Source: Candidatus Bathyarchaeia archaeon
GTDB taxonomy: Archaea; Thermoproteota; Bathyarchaeia; Bathyarchaeales; Bathycorpusculaceae
DNA: 64,000 nucleotides
Assembly: GCA_050012755.1 (NCBI GenBank)
Contig: JBEKGO010000005.1
Location: 12,543-76,542 of the forward strand
Direction: 5' to 3'
A program made the translations under genes and the position numbers. How positions within the stretch are numbered: position 1 is the first letter of the stretch; each line of letters starts with the position of its first letter. Shown one piece after another: positions 38,020-47,690 of this stretch. The notes below the pieces were generated by a model that searched no databases, was not told where the DNA came from, and saw only the letters and a list, made by a program, of their open reading frames with translations.

Positions 38020-38871
38020 TTAGAGAAGCTCTGAGTACTCTTTTAATTTGTCAAACAGTTCGGGTCGTAAATCTCTCAATGTGGGGATAAAGGTTTCAGC
38101 TGTTCTCAGATCTCCGTAATCTACTTCGCATATGACAAGGTCTTCTTCATCATACTTTGCTTTGGCAAGAATATCTCCAGATGGGCTAACTAACCTGCTT
38201 CCTCCCCAAAATTGCAGTCCATCTTGGACTCCGACCAGGTTTACGTAGGCAAGATAAGCGGTATTTTCAATTGCTCTTGCGCAAGTTAATATTTCAAAGT
38301 AGCTTCGGCGCACTGCGGGAGATGCTGATATGCAGACAATTAGTTGTGCTCCCTTCAAACGGGTTAGTCTGAGGACTTCTGGAAAGAAAATATCGTAACA
38401 GATGCACAGACCAATGTTGCCTAAATCTGTTTGAAACGCTGCTGCTTGATAACCTGGACGGAAATACCTTTTTTCTTCGAAAACACTGTGCGTTGGCAAG
38501 TACATTTTACGGTATTTGCCGATTAAACCTTTTGGACCAACCAAGACAGCAGTGTTAAAAACTGTTGCTTGTGTTTTCTCGCTTAACTCAGGCATTCCAA
38601 AAATAACATGCATGCCCGTTTTCTTTGCCAACTTCTCAACTTTCTCCACAGTTGGTCCGGGAATAGTTTCCGCTAACTCGTAAAATTGGTCCCTAATCAC
38701 ATAACCAGATACTGAAAGTTCAGGAAAGATAGCAAGATCTGCACCTTGCTCCTTTGCTTTGAGAGTTATTGCCTCGATTTTTTGAAAATTTCCTTCTTTG
38801 TTTTCGCGGTTACTGCTTATTTGGGCAAGGGCAAGTTTGATTTTATCTTTCATGTGTTTTCCACTTTTCAA
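38020..38871 (-). CDS. Carbon-nitrogen hydrolase (nitrilase family)
   Basis: E-K-C triad: IFPELS, YRKMYLP, ICYD; overlaps the nadE stop. Confidence 0.9.
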   Translation of the reverse strand: MKSGKHMKDKIKLALAQISSNRENKEGNFQKIEAITLKAKEQGADLAIFPELSVSGYVIRDQFYELAETIPGPTVEKVEKLAKKTGMHVIFGMPELSEKTQATVFNTAVLVGPKGLIGKYRKMYLPTHSVFEEKRYFRPGYQAAAFQTDLGNIGLCICYDIFFPEVLRLTRLKGAQLIVCISASPAVRRSYFEILTCARAIENTAYLAYVNLVGVQDGLQFWGGSRLVSPSGDILAKAKYDEEDLVICEVDYGDLRTAETFIPTLRDLRPELFDKLKEYSELL

Positions 38872-39710
38872 TAAGTATGTCTGGGAAGCCTAAAATCATT
38901 TCCTACAGTTCTATACCCAACTTTAGGGGCTAAAGGCATTCTTCGCTTATGTTCATTTGCCAGCCATCTAATCTTAACGGCATTAACAATAGCCTTTTGA
39001 ATTTGCAACTGATCAGCTATTTCATCAGCCGTCATGAACTTCTCAAGCCCATAAAGAATAAGATCTAAAGTTTCATATTTGATTCCAAGTTCAGTCTCTG
39101 CAAGCTGATCAGGCCAAAGAGCTGGAGTGGATGGTTTCAAAGCAAGTTCTTGCGGGATTCCTAAATGAATTGCAAGTCTCCGAACCTGCGTTTTGTACAA
39201 ATCCATAATTGGAGTTATGTCTGCGGCGGCATCTCCCCATTTAGTAAAATAGCCCATCATCGTTTCAGATTTATCGGAGCTGCCGCAAACAATTCTGTTA
39301 AACTTGTTAGCGTAATAGTAAAGGTATACCATTCTGGTCCTTGCCTTTAGATTGCCTTTGCAAAGTCTATCTTTCGGATCAAACACGGGAATTGCTTTAT
39401 ACAAGCATGCTAAGACATCTGACATGTCACAGATTTGTGTTTGCAAATCAAACTTTTCTGCAACTACCTTTGCGTCATCAATGTCTTTTTGACTGAAGTT
39501 TTCCTCTTCAGGCAGCATAAGCCCAAGTACCTTGTTGCCGCCCATTGCGCGGCTCGAAAGTGCCGCTATTGTTCCGCTGTCAATTCCGCCGGACAGGCCA
39601 AGCACGATTCCTTTGGCTCCAGCGTTTTCAACATACTCTTTAATGAATCGACAAATTCTTTTTTCAGCTTCTGAAAAATCTATTTCTAAAACAAAAGGCG
39701 TTAATTTCAA
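38868..39710 (-). CDS. nadE: NAD+ synthetase (synthetase domain only)
   Basis: GLSGGIDSG, GNLKARTRM, GSSDKSE, GYFTKWGD, KPSTPALW. Confidence 0.95.
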   Translation of the reverse strand: MKLTPFVLEIDFSEAEKRICRFIKEYVENAGAKGIVLGLSGGIDSGTIAALSSRAMGGNKVLGLMLPEEENFSQKDIDDAKVVAEKFDLQTQICDMSDVLACLYKAIPVFDPKDRLCKGNLKARTRMVYLYYYANKFNRIVCGSSDKSETMMGYFTKWGDAAADITPIMDLYKTQVRRLAIHLGIPQELALKPSTPALWPDQLAETELGIKYETLDLILYGLEKFMTADEIADQLQIQKAIVNAVKIRWLANEHKRRMPLAPKVGYRTVGNDFRLPRHTY

Positions 39711-39814
39711 TTAGTTTGTCACGCAGCCTCATATTGTTGAGTTTGTAGGCAAGTATTTAAGGACAAGGATAAATATTAAATGAACATTATCACCAATTTA
39801 GAAGGCTGTTATAT

Positions 39815-40081
39815 TTGGGGCGAAGAAGGAAAAAAGTAGTTCATATTCCCAAGAAACGTTTACCTAAATTCTTCTCATGCCCAACATGTGGAAAAGAAAC
39901 GGTTAAAGTTGAAATATTCAGAGAAGACAGTCATGCTGTTGCCCAATGCAGTAGCTGTGGTCTTAAAGAAGAATTTCCAGTTAAACATGCACAAGGCGAA
40001 GTTGACGTTTACTGCATGCTAACCGACCGAGTTTATGGTTCTGCAAAAAGAACCCCTGTTACAAACGTAAAAAAAGAGTAG
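39815..40081 (+). CDS. elf1: Transcription elongation factor Elf1-like
   Basis: MGRRRKK...LPKFFSCPTCG...CSSCG...EVDVYC. Confidence 0.9.
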   Translation: MGRRRKKVVHIPKKRLPKFFSCPTCGKETVKVEIFREDSHAVAQCSSCGLKEEFPVKHAQGEVDVYCMLTDRVYGSAKRTPVTNVKKE

Positions 40082-40092
40082 TCGAAGGATTA

Positions 40093-40848
40093 TTGATGCT
40101 AGGGCCTGTCGAAAAATACTTGCTCGAAAAAATAAAAGCTGAAGGCTCAATCCATATAACCCTTATAGACCCGGAAAAAGCAACGGTTCAACAAGCTGCT
40201 AACATTGCTGAAAGCTCCCGAAACAGTGGAACTGTTGCAATAATGGTTGGAGGCTCAACTTTTGCTTCTCAAGCTCACCTTGATGACGTTGTAAAATCCA
40301 TCAAGAACTCTGTAAAACTTCCCACAATACTTTTTCCCAACAACATAACAGGCATAAGCAGTTATGCCGATGCCATATGGTTTATGTCACTTCTCAATTC
40401 AGTAGATCCCTACTTTCTGATGGGGGCCCAGATTCTTGGAGCTCCACTTGTCAAGAAGTTTCATTTAGAACCTATTTCTATGGGCTATATAATAGTGGGC
40501 GATGGGGGAACTGCTGGCATTGTCGGGAAAGCAATTTCAGTTCCGTACAATAAACCTGAACTCGCAGCTGCTCATGCTCTTGCTGGTCAATATCTTGGGA
40601 TGCGCTTTATTTATTTGGAAGGTGGGTCTGGCGCAGCAAATCCTGTACCCCCTGAAATGATTCGGGCCGTCAAACATTTGCTTGAAATTCCTCTCATTGT
40701 GGGCGGAGGAATAAGAACTAAGGAGCAAGCAGTAGCTGCTACCTCTGCCGGAGCAGATATAATCGTAACCGGTAACGTTACTGAGACCTCTGATGCTAAC
40801 CAAAGGATTTCCGAAATCATCGGGGCCATCAAGGGCATTAAAGTTTAG
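40093..40848 (+). CDS. Geranylgeranylglyceryl phosphate synthase
   Basis: TLIDPEK, IMVGGST, ILFPNN, FMSLLNS, YLEGGSGA, IVGGGIR. Confidence 0.92.
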   Translation: MMLGPVEKYLLEKIKAEGSIHITLIDPEKATVQQAANIAESSRNSGTVAIMVGGSTFASQAHLDDVVKSIKNSVKLPTILFPNNITGISSYADAIWFMSLLNSVDPYFLMGAQILGAPLVKKFHLEPISMGYIIVGDGGTAGIVGKAISVPYNKPELAAAHALAGQYLGMRFIYLEGGSGAANPVPPEMIRAVKHLLEIPLIVGGGIRTKEQAVAATSAGADIIVTGNVTETSDANQRISEIIGAIKGIKV

Positions 40849-40937
40849 TGCTGCGACTTTCTGCCTGCCTTTTCTGATTAGTTTTTAGAAAGCCAAAATA
40901 ACCTATTATTCTATATGTTGCCAATGGAAGCTGCACT

Positions 40938-43900
40938 TTGAACATTAGCAAAGGCTATCAAAATTACGTTGAAACAATGGAAAAAACACTGAAGCAACTA
41001 TATGCGATAAGCGATAGCGCCAGATCAAAAGGCTTAGATCCATCTTTGAAAACGGAATGCATCATCGCGCAAGACATCGCTGACTTAGTAGAAGGCTTAG
41101 TTGGTCCAAAAAATGTAGCTCTCAGCATAAGAGACTTAAGCACCAAAATTCCAAGAGAAGAAATCGCGTTTAGAGTTGCAGAAGAAATCGTTCTAGGAAA
41201 ATTCGGTAGCATGGACCCTGAAAGGGCTGCTGAACAGGCGATTCGAACAGCTCTTGCAATTTTCACTGAAGGCTTGACTGCCGCACCGATTCAGGGCGTA
41301 GCCGAAGTCAAGATAAAAACTAACGCCGATAGGACGCGCTACTTGGCGATATATTTTGCAGGGCCAATCAGGTCGGCAGGCGGAACAGACCAGGCGCTAA
41401 CTTTGGTTGTGGGCGACTTTGTACGTCGTCAGCTTGGTCTTGATAAGTATAAGCCTACCGATGAAGAGGTTTCCCGTTTTATTGAAGAATTAAGGTTATA
41501 TGAACGATCGGTTGGTCGTTTTCAATATCACATTCCTGATGAAGAATTGAAGAAAGCACTGAACCTGATTCCAGTTGAATGCACCGGCACAGAATCCGAC
41601 CCTGTAGAAGTCTCTTCCTACAGAAACCTACCAAGAGTAGAAACAAATCGTGTTAGAGGAGGCGCACTCAGAGTAGTTAACGATGGCATCGTTGGGCGAG
41701 CGCAAAAAGTGTCCGTCATCATTGACAAGATTGGTTTTCAAGGCTGGGATTGGCTAAAGGAATTCAAAAAGAAATCAGAGAAGAAATCAGGCGGGTTTAT
41801 GGACGATGTGATTGCGGGTCGTCCAATATTTGCTTTTCCATCGCGACGAGGCGGCTTCAGGTTAAGGTATGGCCGATCACGGAACACGGGTCTCTCCGCC
41901 GTAGGAATCCATCCTGCAACAATGCATGTGCTAGAGAATTTTCTAGCAGCTGGAACGCAGATGCGTTTAGAGCTTCCAGGGAAAGGTTGTGTTACTCTTC
42001 CAGTAGATGCTATCGAGCCCCCTGTTGTTTTGTTAAAGGATAACTCGGTAGTTCGAGTGACTTTAGAAAATTTTGGTGAAGTTAAAGGTAAAATCCAAAA
42101 AATCCTTTTTCTAGGCGACATTCTGATTAGTTTTGGAGATTTTCTTTATTCTAACAAAACGCTTCCACCATCAGGGTACGTTGAGGAATGGTGGGCTAAG
42201 GATGTTCAGAGAGCTGTTGAACAAAAATTTGGCTCAGACTGTCGGAAGGCGGCAGATGATATTCAAATTTCTTTATCGCGATTAAACGGTTTTGTAGCTG
42301 ACCCTTTTAGTAATAAACCTACGCTTAGGGAGGCAGTGCTTCTCAGCTTGCATTTAGGCGTGCCTTTGCACCCAAGTTACCTGTTCTTTTGGTCAAGCTT
42401 ATGTGATGTTCAAGAGGTTGAACTGCTGAGAAAGTGGTTGGCTTCTGGTGAGGTTTTGATCGAAGATGGTATTGTTAATAAAATTTCATGTGATGTTAAA
42501 GAAGACGTTACGAGTCTGTTGAGAAAAATCCTTGTTCCCCACAAGATAACTGGTGGAAAGATTTTGTTGCAAGGCGAAGCTGCAGGTGCTTTAGCGCTGT
42601 GTCTGGGTCTTGGTAAAACCATTGACATCGCTCAAGCAATGACTGTGCTGGAAGCAGTCAGTGCGCTTTCGGGTGTGCAGGTTAAAGATAAAGCACCAAC
42701 TTATGTAGGTGGACGCATGGGGCGTCCGGAGAAAGCCAAAAGACGCGATATGAGGCCACCTGTTCATGTCCTTTTCCCAGTTAGCCTGGCTGGCGGAATG
42801 CATAGAGATCTCTTGGAAGCGGCAAAGCAGGGTCCTGTGTTTGTTGAAATGGTTAAGCGTAAGTGTCCAAACTGCAAAAATTACACTTTAAGGGTCAAAT
42901 GCTCCAACTGCGGATGCAACACTGTTGCGGAAAGTTGTTGCCCTCGCTGTGGAAGAACTTTAAAAGATAACAGTTGCCTCACTTGCAAGACTGATGCTGT
43001 TCAGTACCAGCGACAACCTGTTAACTTTAAAGACATCATTGGTGACGCCTGCAAATCTCTTGGTTATCCAGCTCCCAAAATGCTAAGAGGCGTTAAAGGC
43101 TTAACTAACAAGGATAAGACTCCGGAAATTATCGAAAAAGGTATTTTGCGGGCAAAATATGATTTATCAGTTTACAAGGATGGCACAATCCGCTTTGATG
43201 CTACCAACGCTCCTTTAACACATTTTACTCCTGCCGAAGTTGGCGTGTCCGTTGAAAAAATAAGACAGTTAGGCTATTGCTCTGATACACATGGCGCAAG
43301 CTTAACTGATCCTGATCAAGTCTGTGAGCTCAAAGTTCAAGATATTGTAATTCCATGGCGAGCAGGAGATTATTTTATTCAGATCGCAGCTTTTATTGAC
43401 GATTTGCTAGTCAGAGTTTACAAACTTCCAGCTTACTACAACGTCCAGAAGCCTGAAGACCTTGTTGGGCATCTGGTTTTTGGTTTAGCGCCCCACACCT
43501 GTGCTTGTATTCTGGGGCGCGTCGTTGGTTACACTGATCGTAACGTGATTTACGCCCACCCTATATGGCACTCAGCCAAACGCCGAGACTGCGACGGCGA
43601 TGAAGACGCGATTATGTTAGCCTTAGATACCCTTGTAAATTTCTCCAATGTTTATTTGCCTGCTCAAATTGGCGGAATAATGGATGCCCCCATACTTCTA
43701 ATTCCGTTTGTTAACACCAGGGAAGTTCAAAGGCAAGCTCACGATTTTGATGTTGACGCGACATATCCTCTTGAGTTCTACCAAAAAACTTGGGATAAAG
43801 GAGAAGCTAAACACGTGAGCTCAATTATGGATGTTATCAGTCATAGGCTTGGGACTGAAGCGCAGTTTGAAGGCTTCCAATATACTACACCTGTGACAAA

Positions 43901-44342
43901 CATAAACCTTGGAAACGCTAACAGCGCATACAAAGAATTCAAATCAATGATTGAAAAACTCAACATGCAATTAGAGTTAGGTTCAAGAATTGATGCTGTA
44001 GACGTCAAACGGGTTGCCTTAAAAGTTCTGACAACCCATTTCCTCAGAGACATAGCAGGCAATCTGCGTGCTTTCTCAACTCAAGCGTTTAGGTGTAAAT
44101 CGTGCAACAAAAAGTTTCGCCGCCTGCCTCTCAAAGGAAAATGCCCCTACTGTGGTGGAAAGTTGACGCTTACTGTTTACCGTGGTGGCATCGAGAAGTA
44201 TCTGGTAGCAGCCCAGCAGCTTGTTGACACTTATGGCTTGCCCAAATATTATACTCAACGTATGGATCTGATAAAAGAAGAGATAGCCTCAATATTTGAT
44301 AACAAAAAACCAAAGCAAGCTAAACTTTTTGATTTTGAGTAA
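40938..44342 (+). CDS. polC: DNA polymerase D large subunit (DP2), no intein
   Basis: AGPIRSAGGT, GFRLRYGRSR, DGTIRFD, RRDCDGDEDA catalytic motif, C-terminal Zn finger. Confidence 0.98.
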   Translation: MNISKGYQNYVETMEKTLKQLYAISDSARSKGLDPSLKTECIIAQDIADLVEGLVGPKNVALSIRDLSTKIPREEIAFRVAEEIVLGKFGSMDPERAAEQAIRTALAIFTEGLTAAPIQGVAEVKIKTNADRTRYLAIYFAGPIRSAGGTDQALTLVVGDFVRRQLGLDKYKPTDEEVSRFIEELRLYERSVGRFQYHIPDEELKKALNLIPVECTGTESDPVEVSSYRNLPRVETNRVRGGALRVVNDGIVGRAQKVSVIIDKIGFQGWDWLKEFKKKSEKKSGGFMDDVIAGRPIFAFPSRRGGFRLRYGRSRNTGLSAVGIHPATMHVLENFLAAGTQMRLELPGKGCVTLPVDAIEPPVVLLKDNSVVRVTLENFGEVKGKIQKILFLGDILISFGDFLYSNKTLPPSGYVEEWWAKDVQRAVEQKFGSDCRKAADDIQISLSRLNGFVADPFSNKPTLREAVLLSLHLGVPLHPSYLFFWSSLCDVQEVELLRKWLASGEVLIEDGIVNKISCDVKEDVTSLLRKILVPHKITGGKILLQGEAAGALALCLGLGKTIDIAQAMTVLEAVSALSGVQVKDKAPTYVGGRMGRPEKAKRRDMRPPVHVLFPVSLAGGMHRDLLEAAKQGPVFVEMVKRKCPNCKNYTLRVKCSNCGCNTVAESCCPRCGRTLKDNSCLTCKTDAVQYQRQPVNFKDIIGDACKSLGYPAPKMLRGVKGLTNKDKTPEIIEKGILRAKYDLSVYKDGTIRFDATNAPLTHFTPAEVGVSVEKIRQLGYCSDTHGASLTDPDQVCELKVQDIVIPWRAGDYFIQIAAFIDDLLVRVYKLPAYYNVQKPEDLVGHLVFGLAPHTCACILGRVVGYTDRNVIYAHPIWHSAKRRDCDGDEDAIMLALDTLVNFSNVYLPAQIGGIMDAPILLIPFVNTREVQRQAHDFDVDATYPLEFYQKTWDKGEAKHVSSIMDVISHRLGTEAQFEGFQYTTPVTNINLGNANSAYKEFKSMIEKLNMQLELGSRIDAVDVKRVALKVLTTHFLRDIAGNLRAFSTQAFRCKSCNKKFRRLPLKGKCPYCGGKLTLTVYRGGIEKYLVAAQQLVDTYGLPKYYTQRMDLIKEEIASIFDNKKPKQAKLFDFE

Positions 44343-44421
44343 GCTAAAGCTTTTCAATGTAAAACGCTTGTTTATCTATGGGTGAACAATCATAAGGGAA
44401 ACTCTGCATCCGAACGCTTTC

Positions 44422-44652
44422 TTGAAAAATATAAGAAATGTAAATAGTGGTCTTAAAGCTAGAACTAAGATATTGGAAACTCTTGAGGCCAAACCAAGTT
44501 TCGCTGGAAGAATAGCCAAAGAAGCTTTCTTATCTTATAGCGTTGTGATACATCACCTGCGGCTTCTCGAAAAAGAAGGCATTGTTTACCGCAAAGGAAG
44601 TAGACCCTACTATTGGGTATCTACAGGGTTAGGGCAGAAACGCCTAAGTTAG
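44422..44652 (+). CDS. Small ArsR-like winged-helix protein
   Basis: RTKILETL...SYSVVIHHLRLLEKEGIV. Confidence 0.75.
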   Translation: MKNIRNVNSGLKARTKILETLEAKPSFAGRIAKEAFLSYSVVIHHLRLLEKEGIVYRKGSRPYYWVSTGLGQKRLS

Positions 44653-44984
44653 AAAGTACATTCGCACGGTGAATGCTGGCATTTTGGGCATTTATGGTTA
44701 TATTTGTTGACAGCTGCTTTTTCAAGATTAATCTCCATTATGTTTGCGAGGGACGCAAGCCACGCAATCACATCAGCAAATTCTTTCTCGGTAGCCTCCT
44801 TGTCAGTCCCTTTCCTTAACTCTTCGCCCAATTCCTCAACCTCGTCAACAAGCCAATTAAAAGTCCCGTTTACTCCACGTTCAGAGTCTCTCTTGAAATA
44901 CAGTTGCCGCATCATTTCTTGAAATTCATGGATTTGCATATGCTCACCAATTTGACATTCAATAAGTAAAATTCCTTTAAACAT
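44649..44984 (-). CDS. MazG-like nucleotide pyrophosphohydrolase
   Basis: WLVDEVEELGEEL...EKEFADVIAWLASLAN; C-terminal CPKC..PCEC. Confidence 0.85.
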   Translation of the reverse strand: MFKGILLIECQIGEHMQIHEFQEMMRQLYFKRDSERGVNGTFNWLVDEVEELGEELRKGTDKEATEKEFADVIAWLASLANIMEINLEKAAVNKYNHKCPKCQHSPCECTF

Positions 44985-45073
44985 TTAAGGTATGATTTGT
45001 GAAAATACTGTTTAGCCTTCTGTCTGCGCAAGATTAATTAAATGCAGGCAATACATGAGAGGCAGGGATATTG

Positions 45074-45247
45074 GTGAGTAGGAAGAAAAAGAAAGACACG
45101 GGTCCAATGCCTGCAGCAAGTGCAGGTTTGCTTAGGTTCTTCGAGGAAGAAACCGAAGGAATAAAAATTAGACCTGAACTGCTCGTAGTGTTCGCAGTTT
45201 CACTAATAGTCATTTCTGTTTTGGCTAAAGTATTTTTTGCAGGTTAA
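45074..45247 (+). CDS. secG: Preprotein translocase subunit Sec61beta
   Basis: Not in the ORF track (57 aa): MSRKKKKDTGPMPAASAGLLRFFEEETEGIKIRPELLVVFAVSLIVISVLAKVFFAG. Confidence 0.9.
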   Translation: MSRKKKKDTGPMPAASAGLLRFFEEETEGIKIRPELLVVFAVSLIVISVLAKVFFAG

Positions 45248-45254
45248 ACGCGTC

Positions 45255-45545
45255 TTACCGCCTCGGCGGGGTCGCGTGCAAAACTTCTATTCTTTGAACC
45301 GAATTCAAATGAAGAAATAGTTCGCTTCTTTCTTCTCGACTCGCAACTTGCGGAATAGGCTGGGCAATAGTTGATCTTAAAACAATTGCTTCTGCGTCTG
45401 ATAGCCAGATACCTGATGGTTCATGCGTTACTGCAACCAGCATGCCTTCAAAACCATAGGCTGGATCTATAATAACACGGATTTTTTTGCCTAAGTTCCT
45501 CTCCAACATGTGAAATATTGAAGGAGGCAAATCTTGATCTGCCAT
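45255..45545 (-). CDS. Sm/Lsm-like protein
   Basis: LGKKIRVII..GFEGMLVAV (Sm1-like) and LFLHLNSVQRIEV (Sm2-like). Confidence 0.6.
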   Translation of the reverse strand: MADQDLPPSIFHMLERNLGKKIRVIIDPAYGFEGMLVAVTHEPSGIWLSDAEAIVLRSTIAQPIPQVASREERSELFLHLNSVQRIEVLHATPPRR

Positions 45546-45792
45546 AGAGCTCGCAAACTAATACAATAGTTATCCTAAAGATAAAACAGTTCCCCTGCTA
45601 AAACCATATTGACTTCTCTGCTCATTGGTGAAAAGTGCCGTTTGTTGCCTTTGTTTTTTTACTCCTTCATGCCTAATTACACCCGCCTCGCTTGTCTGTT
45701 ATAACAAAATTTGTGTTTCTTGCTCTTACTTTGGCTAAAGAATTTTAATAACTCCTTCTAAATCCATATGGCAGCTTAGCAGAGTTGAAAGC

Positions 45793-47619
45793 ATGGAGAG
45801 CAAAAGTTCACTTAATAAATCAATTGATAGTGCCTCTAAACACTACTCCTCTATGTTTCCTCTTCCCTCGTTCAGAACAGCCCTTGTTGTCGTCGCTGCG
45901 TTATGCATAGCAAATGGGCTTTCAACTTTCGCCGTCCCCCAGTCTCAAAAGCTACTTTATGGTTTAGCTCTTGGTCTTGCTTTTTTCGCTCTTACCCTTG
46001 TCTCTGACTTAATAATAACCAAGATACCCCTTAGAAATGACCCAATTTTCTCGTTAAGACGTACTCTTGTCGTATCCCTTGTTGGATGGATTATATGGCT
46101 TGTTTTCAATATCTCAGGTATCGCGTTAAGCTTTACATTTGGCTTTTTGATTTGGGTTAAACTCTGCCTAATAGGCTACGCAGCCGTCATAACTCTTAGA
46201 ATCATCGTTCTGATTGCAACTTCAACCTCCGATCGTTGGAGAAAAGGGATATCTGTCTTGTTTCAACCTGCCCTTTGTATAATTGCTTTTGTGATTTTTT
46301 GGTTTAACACTTCAAACGCATTTCCGCTTATGCAAGTTTTGCTTTTCATTGTTGTTTCTCCAATAATCTCTTTTCTTTCAGTCATTCTATTTTTTTACTC
46401 TATTGAACGTTCAAGTCAGAAAACCTTTTCAATGCGCTCCATACCCCTGTTTAGAGCATTCATAGTTAACTGGGCAACCGACCAAAATGCGCTTATGGAA
46501 AAATACCTTGAAGAAATGGGTGAAGACAAAGACATTGAAGTTACTCTTCTAAAATTTGACTCTTCGAAACCTAAAGCGGCTATCATTGTTCCGCTTGTGC
46601 ACCCAGGTCCATTCAAGAATATCGGCAGCAGTCTGTTGCCTTCGCTTCTGAAACAAGGCTTTGAAGAAGAATATGGCTGTGCCACTTGTACTCCTTTGGG
46701 CATTCTTGGTCATGAGCTTGATTTGGCTTCGCAAGAGCAGAATCATAAAATAGTTTCTCAGGTAATCGCTTCTGCAAAGTTTAAGTCTACGGCAGATTTA
46801 GCGTCGCCTTCTGTCAGAATCACAGAGGGTGCTGCTACTGCTTCAGGCCAGATTTTTGGAGATACACTTTTTCTTTCTTTTTCGCTTGCTCCAGAAACAA
46901 CTGAAGATTTACCGCAAGGCCTAGGTCGATTTGTTGTTGAGGAAGCAGCAAAATACGGTTTAAACGGTTCTGTAGTAGTTAATACTCACAATAGCATTAG
47001 CGACTTGGTTGATGTCGAAGCGCATTTGAACGAATTACAAACTGCCGCTTCTAAATGTATTCAAAAGGCAGTAAGACTGCAAACGAAACGGTTCTTGGTT
47101 GGCGCTGATAGCGTGTTTCCAAAAGAATTTTCGTTGAAGAACGGAATGGGTACGGGCGGAATCACAGCTATCGTTGTTCAAGTAGAGACCCAGAAAACCG
47201 TTTATGTCGTCATTGACGGAAATAATATGATTCCTGGGTTGCGTGAAAAGATTCTTACGTCTTTGGCTTCAGTCGGGTTTGCTGCAAGTGAAGTTTTCAC
47301 TACTGATACTCATGCTGTGAGTGCATTGATCACTGGTGGGCGGGCTGGTCGACGAGGTTACCATCCTGTTGGCGAAGCGATGGATCAAGAATTGCTGACC
47401 CGTTACATCTGTGATGTTGCAAAAAACGCAGGCGCAAACTTGGAGGTCGTCAGTGCTGGATACTCGAACTTCATTGTTCCGCAAGTCAGAGTAATCGGGG
47501 AAGAACGGTTGAAATCAATAACAACACTTGTTGATAGCGCCATTAAAAAAGCAAAACAAATGCTTCCAATTTTTGGGTTAGAAGGTCTACTTCTAATCTT
47601 GCTCTTGCTGCTCTTCTAA
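45793..47619 (+). CDS. DUF2070-family membrane protein
   Basis: N-terminal TM block, PLVHPGPFKNIGSS, IDGNN, TTDTH; C-terminal TM. Confidence 0.8.
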   Translation: MESKSSLNKSIDSASKHYSSMFPLPSFRTALVVVAALCIANGLSTFAVPQSQKLLYGLALGLAFFALTLVSDLIITKIPLRNDPIFSLRRTLVVSLVGWIIWLVFNISGIALSFTFGFLIWVKLCLIGYAAVITLRIIVLIATSTSDRWRKGISVLFQPALCIIAFVIFWFNTSNAFPLMQVLLFIVVSPIISFLSVILFFYSIERSSQKTFSMRSIPLFRAFIVNWATDQNALMEKYLEEMGEDKDIEVTLLKFDSSKPKAAIIVPLVHPGPFKNIGSSLLPSLLKQGFEEEYGCATCTPLGILGHELDLASQEQNHKIVSQVIASAKFKSTADLASPSVRITEGAATASGQIFGDTLFLSFSLAPETTEDLPQGLGRFVVEEAAKYGLNGSVVVNTHNSISDLVDVEAHLNELQTAASKCIQKAVRLQTKRFLVGADSVFPKEFSLKNGMGTGGITAIVVQVETQKTVYVVIDGNNMIPGLREKILTSLASVGFAASEVFTTDTHAVSALITGGRAGRRGYHPVGEAMDQELLTRYICDVAKNAGANLEVVSAGYSNFIVPQVRVIGEERLKSITTLVDSAIKKAKQMLPIFGLEGLLLILLLLLF

Positions 47620-47690
47620 ATTAACGTAGCTTACAGAGTAGTAAAGGTTAATATTGATTCTTTACTAGGCTTTTGTGGAGTTATTTCAAA

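Noticed and set aside
40938-44342. Intein in DP2
   Set aside because: Length of 1134 aa and continuous motifs around DCDGDED leave no room for an insertion.
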